Shown: piece by piece, positions 16,681 to 24,312 of the stretch | Layout of the letters: every line of letters starts with the position of its first letter | How positions within the stretch are numbered: position 1 is the first letter of the stretch | From: Accumulibacter sp. | GTDB lineage: Bacteria; Pseudomonadota; Gammaproteobacteria; Burkholderiales; Rhodocyclaceae | NCBI RefSeq assembly: GCF_029255285.1 | Contig: NZ_JAPUVI010000041.1 | Coordinates: 8,986-72,985 of the forward strand | Direction of reading: 5' to 3' | Length of the DNA stretch: 64,000 nucleotides | Translations under genes and position numbers: made by a program | The notes under the pieces: generated by a model | Databases searched by the model: none | Seen by the model: only the letters and a program-made list of their open reading frames with translations | Told to the model about the DNA's origin: nothing

Positions 16681-17160
16681 CGGCACCCCTCCTACAAGAC
16701 CTTGACTCGCGCCGGTCGACCGGCACGGGGAAAATCTTAGGCGACCAGCGGCAAAAATGGAATCGGTCGCGCAGACTTCATTGGCTCGCGCCGGGCGATT
16801 GCTTCCCGTACCAAAGGCCACGCCCAGCGCGAGGCGCTGGCTGGCCCATCAGATTATCGGCGCGATCGCCAGATGCGGGGCTTGAAGCGGACAGAGGGCT
16901 TGGGGGCAAGCCGCCGGCCGGTAGTGGAACTCTCGTCGCAGGAAGCCATTCGTACAGGAATCCGAGGCTGTCCATACCCCCGGCTAGGCGCCAAAAACAA
17001 GTCATCAGGCGGAGAACTGGCGGCGTGTGCTAAAGTGAAAAATAGCCAGCCAAGAAGCCAGACGCACAGAGGAGAACTTCCGCCCCCAAACGGCAATACC
17101 GCCTGCGGACAATCGGCAAATCATGCGCCCGACGTCGAAACCCTTGCTTACTTGATTTTC

Positions 17161-17247
17161 TGGTGCCCAAGAGAGGAATCGAACCTCCACGGTGTTGCCA
17201 CCACTAGGACCTGAACCTAGCGCGTCTACCAATTTCGCCACCTGGGC
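17161..17247 (-). tRNA. tRNA-Leu (anticodon CAG), CCA encoded
   Basis: The reverse complement GCCCAGGTGGCGAAATTGGTAGACGCGCTAGGTTCAGGTCCTAGTGGTGGCAACACCGTGGAGGTTCGATTCCTCTCTTGGGCACCA folds as a class II cloverleaf with a long variable arm. It is close to E. coli tRNA-Leu(CAG). Confidence 0.95.
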
Positions 17248-17265
17248 ATCTCCAGCGAAGGCCGG

Positions 17266-17293
17266 ATTTTATAGGAACATGAACAAATGTCAA
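17266..17293 (-). promoter_or_regulatory. tRNA-Leu promoter TTGACA-N16-TAAAAT
   Basis: On the minus strand the -35 TTGACA is at 17288-17293 and overlaps the rnr ATG (17287-17289). The -10 TAAAAT is at 17266-17271. The mature tRNA 5' end lies 18 nt downstream of the -10. Confidence 0.55.
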
Positions 17294-19458
17294 TAAAGAA
17301 GCTGTCCGCTATCCGCCGTAGCGATCCGTGGCTGGAGCGCGAACTGAAAAGGTACGAACAGCCACTGCCGTCACGCGAATATCTCCTGCAGATCCTCGAG
17401 GAGCAAGGCAAACCGGTCAGCTTCGAGTCACTGTGCGCGCTGCTCGACATTCGGGATCACGAATTGGAAGCGTTCCAACGCCGCCTGCGCGCGATGGAAC
17501 GGGAGGCACAGTTGCTGCGCAACCGCAAGGGCTCGTACATTCTGCCGGAACGCGCCAGCCTCATCGCCGGGCGCGTCGAAGGACACCAGGACGGCTATGG
17601 CTTCCTGGTCCCGGATGACGCTGGCGAGGACTTGTTTCTCGAAGCACGGCAGATGTCTAAGGTTCTGCACGGTGATCGTGCGCTGGTGCGGGTAGTTGGC
17701 GTCGACCGCCGCGGGCGCCGCGAGGGAGTGATTGTCGAAGTTCTCGAACGTGCCAACAGCAAGGTCGTTGGCCGCGTACTGGTCGAACACGGGATTACCT
17801 TGGTCGTTCCGGAGAACCGGCGCATCAACCAGGACATCCTGGTAGCGCCGGGAGGTGCACATCAGGTCAGATCGGGTGAGGTAGTAACGGTCGAAATCAT
17901 CGAACAACCCGACCGGCATTCGAAGCCGATCGGCCGCATCGTCGAAGTGCTCGGCACTTACGCCGACCCGGGGATGGAAATCGAGATCGCGTTACGCAAG
18001 CACGAGTTGCCTTTCGAGTTCTCGAGCGCAGCGCTCGCGGAAGCCGCGGCGCTGCCAGATGCGCTGCTTCGCTCGGACTGGGAAGGACGCAGCGACTTGC
18101 GCGCTCTGCCATTGGTCACCATCGACGGCGACACAGCGAGGGACTTCGACGACGCCGTCTTCGCCGAATCGAAGGAGCATGGCTGGCGGCTCGTCGTGGC
18201 GATCGCCGACGTCAGCCACTATGTGCAACCCGGGACGGCGCTCGATCGCGAAGCGCGGCAACGCGGCAATTCGGTCTATTTTCCTCGCCGGGTAATTCCG
18301 ATGTTGCCGGAGAAGCTTTCCAACGGGCTGTGCTCACTTAATCCGGAGGTCGATCGCCTGGCCATGGTATGCGACATGGAGATCGACCAGTGCGGTGAAA
18401 TCAACGACTATCGGTTCTATCCAGCGGTTTTTCGCTCGCAGGCACGACTGACCTATGATCAGGTGTGGCAGTGGCTTAGCGGGGCCGCGTCACCGAGCAA
18501 CGATCACGAACGTGCGCTGCAGCCGCGGTTGCAAGCGCTCTACACGCTGTTTCAGGTGCTCGCAGAGGCGCGCGCCAAACGCGGAGCGATCGACTTCGAG
18601 ACGCTTGAGACGACCATGCTATTCAATGAACAGGGCAAGATCGAGAGAATCATCCCCACCCACCGCAACGACGCGCACCGCTTGATCGAGGAGTGCATGC
18701 TGGCGGCTAACGTCTGTGCGTCGTCTTTTCTTCAGGCCAAGCGCCAACCGTGCCTTTATCGAATACACGAAGGGCCGACAGCCGAAAAACTCGACGCGCT
18801 GCGTAGTTTTCTCAGGGAGTTCGGTTTCAGCCTCGGTGGTGGCGACGATCCGGTAGCCAGGGACTACGCCGAACTACTGGACAGCGTCAGAGCTCGTCCT
18901 GACGCTCAGCTACTGCAGACGGTGATGCTCCGCTCGCTTCGCCAAGCGACTTACAGCCCCGACAACGTCGGCCACTTCGGCCTGTCGTACGAGCATTACA
19001 CCCATTTCACTTCGCCTATCCGGCGCTACCCCGACCTGCTGGTTCATCGCTCGCTCAAAGCGATCCTGGCCTCCAGCCAGTACTCGCCGGGCAACTGGGA
19101 AGAGGTGGGAATGCATTGCTCGATGACCGAGCGGCGCGCCGACGAGGCGACACGCGACGTGACCAACTGGCTCAAATGCTATTACATGCGCGACCGGCTC
19201 GGAGAAGAATTCGCCGGCACGATTGCCGCGGTGGTGCCTTTTGGTGTATTCGTCGCACTCGACGAAGTCTATGTCGAAGGTTTGGTACATGTCTCAGAAC
19301 TCGGCGAGGACTATTTTCAATACGACATGGTCAAGCACCAGATGCTCGGCGAGCGAACGGGAAAGCGCTTTCGCCTAGGCGATCGTCTGAACGTGAAGCT
19401 TGTCCGGGCGGACCTGGAAACCGGGCGGATTGACTTTATCCTCGCCGAAACGGCGTGA
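17287..19458 (+). CDS. rnr: Ribonuclease R
   Basis: N-terminal winged-helix and cold-shock-like region (GRVEGHQDGYGFLVPDD), an RNB catalytic domain (DGDTARDFDDAV, HFGL..YTHFTSPIRRYPDL), and a C-terminal S1 domain. Confidence 0.95.
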   Translation: MSIKKLSAIRRSDPWLERELKRYEQPLPSREYLLQILEEQGKPVSFESLCALLDIRDHELEAFQRRLRAMEREAQLLRNRKGSYILPERASLIAGRVEGHQDGYGFLVPDDAGEDLFLEARQMSKVLHGDRALVRVVGVDRRGRREGVIVEVLERANSKVVGRVLVEHGITLVVPENRRINQDILVAPGGAHQVRSGEVVTVEIIEQPDRHSKPIGRIVEVLGTYADPGMEIEIALRKHELPFEFSSAALAEAAALPDALLRSDWEGRSDLRALPLVTIDGDTARDFDDAVFAESKEHGWRLVVAIADVSHYVQPGTALDREARQRGNSVYFPRRVIPMLPEKLSNGLCSLNPEVDRLAMVCDMEIDQCGEINDYRFYPAVFRSQARLTYDQVWQWLSGAASPSNDHERALQPRLQALYTLFQVLAEARAKRGAIDFETLETTMLFNEQGKIERIIPTHRNDAHRLIEECMLAANVCASSFLQAKRQPCLYRIHEGPTAEKLDALRSFLREFGFSLGGGDDPVARDYAELLDSVRARPDAQLLQTVMLRSLRQATYSPDNVGHFGLSYEHYTHFTSPIRRYPDLLVHRSLKAILASSQYSPGNWEEVGMHCSMTERRADEATRDVTNWLKCYYMRDRLGEEFAGTIAAVVPFGVFVALDEVYVEGLVHVSELGEDYFQYDMVKHQMLGERTGKRFRLGDRLNVKLVRADLETGRIDFILAETA

Positions 19459-19582
19459 GCCGGGAGTTCCCGCGAGCATTTCTCGCCAACCCGCCGCGTG
19501 CCGTGCGCGGCTGCGCGGCCACTCTGGTAAGCTTTGGGCTCGCGAGTCAGGCTCGAACCTGCTGGAGAAGGCGGCATACATC

Positions 19583-20257
19583 ATGATGAGTAAACATCGT
19601 TATCCGGCGGCGGACATCGCCGTTGTCGAGCGTGTCATCCGCGAACGACGCGACATCCGGCACTTCGTCGCCGGGCGACTACCCGACGGCCTGCTCGATC
19701 GCCTGCTTGAAGCGGCTCATCTTGGACCATCGGTTGGCTACATGCAGCCGTGGCGCTTCGTACGCATCGTCAGCAATGAAACGCGAATGGCGCTGTGGGG
19801 AATCGTCGACGCGGAAAGGGTGGCCACCGCTGCCAGTCTGCCAACACGCGCCGCCGATTTCCTGAAGCTGAAGATCGACGGTATCCGCGAGGCTGCCGAA
19901 GTACTGGTCGTGGCCCTGATGCCTGGCCGAGAAGCACACCTTTTCGGCCGGCGGACACTGCCTGAAATGGACCTCGCCTCCACCGCCTGCGCCATTCAGA
20001 ACATGTGGTTGCTGGCACGGGCCGAAGGCATCGGCCTGGGTTGGGTTTCCTTCTTCGACCCCGAGGCGGTCGGCGAATTGCTGGAGATGCCTCCCGGCAG
20101 TCGCCCGATCGCGATTCTGTGCCTCGGACCGGTTGCCGAGTTTCCGGCGGCACCGGTTCTCGAGTCGCAGGGTTGGGGGCGTCGCCTGCCGATGGACGAG
20201 GTGGTCTTCGAGGACCGCTGGAAGGCCGGCGCCGGCGGAACACCAACCGCTTATTGA
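19583..20257 (+). CDS. bluB: 5,6-dimethylbenzimidazole synthase (BluB, nitroreductase fold)
   Basis: Start moved to the ATG at 19583. Blocks closely match my recollection of Sinorhizobium BluB: RRDIRHF, AHLGPSVGYMQPWRF, LKIDGIREA, MDLASTACAIQNMWLLARAEGIGLGWVSFF, GWGRRLPMDEVVFEDRW. Confidence 0.85.
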   Translation: MMSKHRYPAADIAVVERVIRERRDIRHFVAGRLPDGLLDRLLEAAHLGPSVGYMQPWRFVRIVSNETRMALWGIVDAERVATAASLPTRAADFLKLKIDGIREAAEVLVVALMPGREAHLFGRRTLPEMDLASTACAIQNMWLLARAEGIGLGWVSFFDPEAVGELLEMPPGSRPIAILCLGPVAEFPAAPVLESQGWGRRLPMDEVVFEDRWKAGAGGTPTAY

Positions 20258-20280
20258 GGGTAGGGTCATGCGGAGGCGCC

Positions 20281-20769
20281 GTGACTGACCGGGTTAGCCG
20301 ACGTGATTTCCTGCGCGCACTCGGCTCGACGCGCAAGCGGCCGCTGCGTCCGCCCTGGGCGGTCGACGAGGAAGCTTTTGTCGAGGCTTGTACGCGTTGC
20401 GGCGATTGCAGAACGGCATGTCCGACAGGGATCGTCGTTCTTGATCGCGACGCGAATGCCTATCCAGCGCTCGACTTCCACCTTGGCGAATGCACTTTCT
20501 GCACTGGCTGTGTCAGCGCCTGTCACAGCGGTGCCTTGCGCAAGCAACCCAAGCAGGCCGCTTGGCAGTTGCGGGCCGCCGTTGGCCAAGCCTGCCTGGC
20601 ACAACATCGAGTCGAGTGCCGGATTTGCGGTGACTTGTGCCTCTCGGGTGCCATCCGCTTCGCGTCGCGAGCCGGCGGCATGGCCACGCCGCTGGTCGAC
20701 GCGGCTCGCTGCACGGGCTGCGGCGCCTGCGTCGCGCCGTGTCCGACGAGAGCCATCGATGTTCGCTGA
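20281..20769 (+). CDS. NapF-like ferredoxin-type protein (multiple 4Fe-4S motifs); orphan, with no nap genes nearby
   Basis: GTG start at 20281 preceded by GGAGG. SRRDFLR, then LRPPWAVDEEAFVEACTRCGDCRTACP, ECTFCTGCVSAC, ECRICGDLC and RCTGCGACVAPCP. This is the same layout as E. coli NapF. Confidence 0.8.
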   Translation: MTDRVSRRDFLRALGSTRKRPLRPPWAVDEEAFVEACTRCGDCRTACPTGIVVLDRDANAYPALDFHLGECTFCTGCVSACHSGALRKQPKQAAWQLRAAVGQACLAQHRVECRICGDLCLSGAIRFASRAGGMATPLVDAARCTGCGACVAPCPTRAIDVR

Positions 20770-20835
20770 GATGACGACGCCTGGCTCGATCTCGCCTTTT
20801 CGCACGCGGCACGACTACCGCCAGGCCTGTCCTCG

Positions 20836-23667
20836 ATGAGCGCACAGCTGGGTAGTGCGGGGCAGGCAGCGGCACCCGTCGACGTTTCGGCAAGACTGTT
20901 GCGCGTCGTTTCGACGATGGTCGAAGAAACCCGTCCGGGACGCAGCGGGCGGGTGAGCCTGGCCAGCCATCTCGAGCGAGATCTCGGTCTGGACAGCCTG
21001 GCCCGCGTCGAGCTCCTGATGCGTGTAGGCAGCGAGTTCGGCCACGCACTGGCCGAATCGGCACTGACCGAAGCCGAAACGCCGCAGGACTTGTTACGAT
21101 TCATTGCGCAGGCGAGTGCCGACGGCCTCTCGAGTGAACTCGTCGAGCTCGAGACGGCCACCAGTCTGAGCAGCGTTCCGACGCTGGCGGCGACCTTGGT
21201 CGAGGTTCTCGAATGGCATGTCGAACGCCATCCTCGACGAACGCACGTGTTGCTCTACGCCGATGGCGCTAGCCGGCAGGGAGAGTCCCGGGCCGAGATC
21301 ATCACTTACGGCCGATTGCTCGAGCAATCGCGTCGCATCGCCGCCGGTCTGGTGGGTCGTGGCTTGTTGCCGCGGCAGGCGGTTGCCCTGATGCTGCCAA
21401 CCGGGAGCGACTACTTGACGAGTTTCTTCGGCGTGATGCTCGCCGGAGGCATTCCCGTACCGATCTATCCGCCCGCCCGTCTGGCGCAGCTCGACGATCA
21501 TTTGCGCCGGCACGCGCGCATCCTGGCCAACGCCAAGGCGGTGTTCATCATCACGGTGCCACAGGCGAAAGGGGTGGCGGCCTTGTTGCGCGCCGAGGCG
21601 CCAGACTTGAGTGAAGTCCTTACTCCGGCCGAACTCGACCACGAACCAATGAGCCTGCTCTACCGCGCAGCGCCCGACGACATCGCTTTTCTCCAATATA
21701 CCTCGGGCAGTACCGGCGACCCCAAGGGCGTCATGCTGAGCCACGCCAATCTGCTGGCCAATCTGCGCGCCATGGGCGAGGCGGTTGCGGTGAGCAGCGA
21801 AGATGTCTTCGTATCCTGGCTGCCGCTTTATCATGACATGGGATTGATTGGCGCGTGGTTCGGGTCGCTCTACTTTGGCATGCAACTGGTGCTCATGTCG
21901 CCGTTGGCTTTTCTTTCTCGGCCGGTGCGCTGGCTGCGCGCAATCTCGCATCATCGAGGCACGCTCTCGCCGGCGCCCAACTTCGCTTACGATTTATGTG
22001 CCCGAAGGTTGGCCGACGCCGACCTTCAGGGGCTCGATCTGTCATCGTGGCGCTTAGCGCTGAACGGTGCCGAGCCGGTGAGTCCGGCGACCCTGCAGGC
22101 GTTCAGCGAGCGTTTTGCACCCTATGGCCTGCGCGGTGAGGCGATCACCCCGGTCTATGGGCTGGCTGAGTGCTCGGTGGGACTGGCGTTCCCGCCGCTC
22201 GGGCGCGGCCCGCGCATCGACCGGGTGCAGCGTGATGCACTGCTCCGCAATAAGTGCGCGCTGCCGACGGCCTGTGGCGACACGGACGTGCTGTGCGTGC
22301 CGGCCTGCGGTCGGGCTTTGCCGGGACACGAGATCCGCGTCGTCGACGATCAGGGCAGCGAACTGCCTGACCGACGCGTCGGCTGCCTGCAGTTTCGCGG
22401 GCCGTCGGCCACGGCCGGCTACTATCGCAATCCCGCTGCGACGCAGGCGCTTTGGCGAGATGGCTGGCTCGACTCTGGGGATTTTGCGTATACGGTCGAC
22501 GGCGAGATCTATCTTACTGGCCGGGTCAAGGACCTGATTATCCGCGGTGGGCGCAACATCTACCCCTATGAACTCGAACAAGCGGTCGGCAACCTTGCGG
22601 GTGTGCGCCGGGGGTGTGTCGCCGTTTTCGCCAGCAAGGATCCGGTCAATGCCAGTGAACGGCTGGTCGTCATGGCTGAAACACGGGAAGAGGATCCGAC
22701 ACGACGCGAGGCACTGCGCCACAGGATCAACGACGTGGCTGTCGAGACGGTCGGCATGCCGGCTGACGAAATCGTTTTGGCACCACTCAATTCGGTACTC
22801 AAGACTTCCAGTGGCAAGATCCGTCGAAGCGCGTCGCGCGACGCCTTCGAGAGTGGTTTGATCGGTAACCGGGCCGTGCCGGTCCGATGGCAGATGTTTC
22901 GGCTGACGATGGCGACGTTACGTGCGCGCCTGGCCAACCTGGCGCAAGGCATCGCTCGGCGGACTTACGGCGCCTGGTGCTGGATGGTGTTCGTTCTCCT
23001 CGCCCTTCCGGTGGCGACGCTGGTCATTGCCCTGCGGTCGCCGGCGATCGGGCGCCACATCGTACATCGTGCGGCGCGCCTCTTCTTAAGCCTGGCAGGC
23101 ATACCCCTGCGCGCGACGCCAGTCGCTGCCCTGCCCGCGTCACCCCACCTCTTGCTGGTCAACCATTGCAGTTACACAGACGCGCTGGTGCTGTGCGCAA
23201 GCTTGCCGCCAGCCCTCGCCTACAGCTTCGTCGCCAAACGCGAGTTCGTGGACCAGCCGCTGGTCCATGTCTTCCTGCGTTCGCTGGGCACGCTGTTTGT
23301 CGAGCGCTTCGAGGCATCGAAGAGCGTCCAGGATGTAGACGAGATCGTCGCCGCGCTCGGACGGGGCGAGAGCTTGGTGATCTTTCCGGAAGGCACTTTC
23401 TCGCGTGAGGCAGGCCTCAAACCGTTTCGGATGGGCGCTTTCGTTAGCGCCGTCCGAGCGCAGGCACCCGTACTGGTCTGTGGTCTGACAGGGACGCGCC
23501 TTGTCCTGCGCGAAGGCACGTGGCTGCCACGACACGCGAATGTGGCGCTGGCCATCGGGCCGCTGCTCGTCCCAAGCGCCGCCGATTGGGCGGCAGCCGT
23601 ACGGCTGCGCGATGCGACGCGCCGGGAAATGCTCGCCCTCTGCGGCGAGCACGATCTGGAGCGCTGA
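20836..23667 (+). CDS. Tri-functional fusion: carrier-protein (ACP-like) domain, fatty acyl-AMP ligase-type adenylation domain, TM segment, and 1-acyl-glycerol-3-phosphate/lysophospholipid acyltransferase domain
   Basis: LGLDSLARVEL (Ser codon at 20995-20997). YTSGSTGDPKG (21697-21729). A GGIPVPIYPP FAAL-like block. Hydrophobic YGAWCWMVFVLLALPVATLVIAL. NHCSYTD, an H-x4-D motif (23161-23181), and FPEGT. Confidence 0.85.
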   Translation: MSAQLGSAGQAAAPVDVSARLLRVVSTMVEETRPGRSGRVSLASHLERDLGLDSLARVELLMRVGSEFGHALAESALTEAETPQDLLRFIAQASADGLSSELVELETATSLSSVPTLAATLVEVLEWHVERHPRRTHVLLYADGASRQGESRAEIITYGRLLEQSRRIAAGLVGRGLLPRQAVALMLPTGSDYLTSFFGVMLAGGIPVPIYPPARLAQLDDHLRRHARILANAKAVFIITVPQAKGVAALLRAEAPDLSEVLTPAELDHEPMSLLYRAAPDDIAFLQYTSGSTGDPKGVMLSHANLLANLRAMGEAVAVSSEDVFVSWLPLYHDMGLIGAWFGSLYFGMQLVLMSPLAFLSRPVRWLRAISHHRGTLSPAPNFAYDLCARRLADADLQGLDLSSWRLALNGAEPVSPATLQAFSERFAPYGLRGEAITPVYGLAECSVGLAFPPLGRGPRIDRVQRDALLRNKCALPTACGDTDVLCVPACGRALPGHEIRVVDDQGSELPDRRVGCLQFRGPSATAGYYRNPAATQALWRDGWLDSGDFAYTVDGEIYLTGRVKDLIIRGGRNIYPYELEQAVGNLAGVRRGCVAVFASKDPVNASERLVVMAETREEDPTRREALRHRINDVAVETVGMPADEIVLAPLNSVLKTSSGKIRRSASRDAFESGLIGNRAVPVRWQMFRLTMATLRARLANLAQGIARRTYGAWCWMVFVLLALPVATLVIALRSPAIGRHIVHRAARLFLSLAGIPLRATPVAALPASPHLLLVNHCSYTDALVLCASLPPALAYSFVAKREFVDQPLVHVFLRSLGTLFVERFEASKSVQDVDEIVAALGRGESLVIFPEGTFSREAGLKPFRMGAFVSAVRAQAPVLVCGLTGTRLVLREGTWLPRHANVALAIGPLLVPSAADWAAAVRLRDATRREMLALCGEHDLER

Positions 23668-23841
23668 TCTCCGTCTGCCGCGTTCGCCGGGGCGATGCGG
23701 CAGCGCCAAGCGCTCCTGTCCGGGCGGCCTGTCTTTCCTTGCCGACTCTGTGACCTATTCCCTAACACTCCGCTAGCGGATTCCCTATTCTTCTCTTCAT
23801 CGCGGCGCAACGGCGCCGGGGCATTGAGCAAGGAGTCCGAA

Positions 23842-24273
23842 GTGGCTGACAGCGGTTTCAACAATTGCGAGCTTTGCGGCTCACCCGGTGGTGAGGTGGT
23901 CTGGGAGAGCGCCCTCTGCCGAGTGGTAATGGTCGCCGATGCGGACTATCCGGGTTACTGCCGGATCATTTTGCATAAGCACTTGCGCGAAATGACCGAT
24001 CTGCCCGAAAAAGAGAGGATGCAACTGATGAGCGTCGTGTTCGCCGTCGAGAGTGCGGTTCGTGGCCTGTATCAACCGGACAAAGTCAATCTCGCGAGCC
24101 TCGGCAACATGACGCCGCATGTCCACTGGCACCTGATTCCGCGCTGGCGCGACGACAGGCACTTTCCGCATCCGGTGTGGGCCGCGGCGCAGCGAGCAAG
24201 CGCCCCGCGCCGCAGTCCGGTCGATGGACGACAACTGGGCGAGCGCATCATCGCCGCCCTGCGTAGCACCTAA
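23842..24273 (+). CDS. HIT (histidine triad) family nucleotide hydrolase/transferase
   Basis: GTG start at 23842 with AGGAG RBS. N-terminal CELCGS zinc-like motif. Histidine triad HVHWHLIPR. Confidence 0.8.
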   Translation: MADSGFNNCELCGSPGGEVVWESALCRVVMVADADYPGYCRIILHKHLREMTDLPEKERMQLMSVVFAVESAVRGLYQPDKVNLASLGNMTPHVHWHLIPRWRDDRHFPHPVWAAAQRASAPRRSPVDGRQLGERIIAALRST

Positions 24274-24312
24274 ACAGCCGCCGTGAAACGCGGTCATCGA
24301 GGAGTACTAGAC

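Noticed and set aside
16854-17096. An 80-aa ORF with a signal-peptide-like N-terminus (SSPLCVWLLGWLFFTLAHA) just upstream of the ligase gene.
   Set aside because: It starts at TTG with no usable RBS. Third-position GC is much lower than in real genes here, and the remainder is Arg/Pro-rich. This is insufficient to call a gene.
16900-17110. Possible cobalamin or glycine riboswitch. Plus-strand stretches such as GGAAGCCATTCGTACAGGAATCCGAGGCTGTCC and GGAGAACTTCCGCCCCCAAACGGCAA vaguely recall the riboswitch cores, and bluB is nearby.
   Set aside because: No GCCACTG B12 box is present and no proper cobalamin or glycine core could be aligned by eye. No plus-strand gene lies downstream to be regulated; the next feature is a minus-strand tRNA. 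Only an Rfam covariance-model scan (RF00174, RF00504) could revive this idea.
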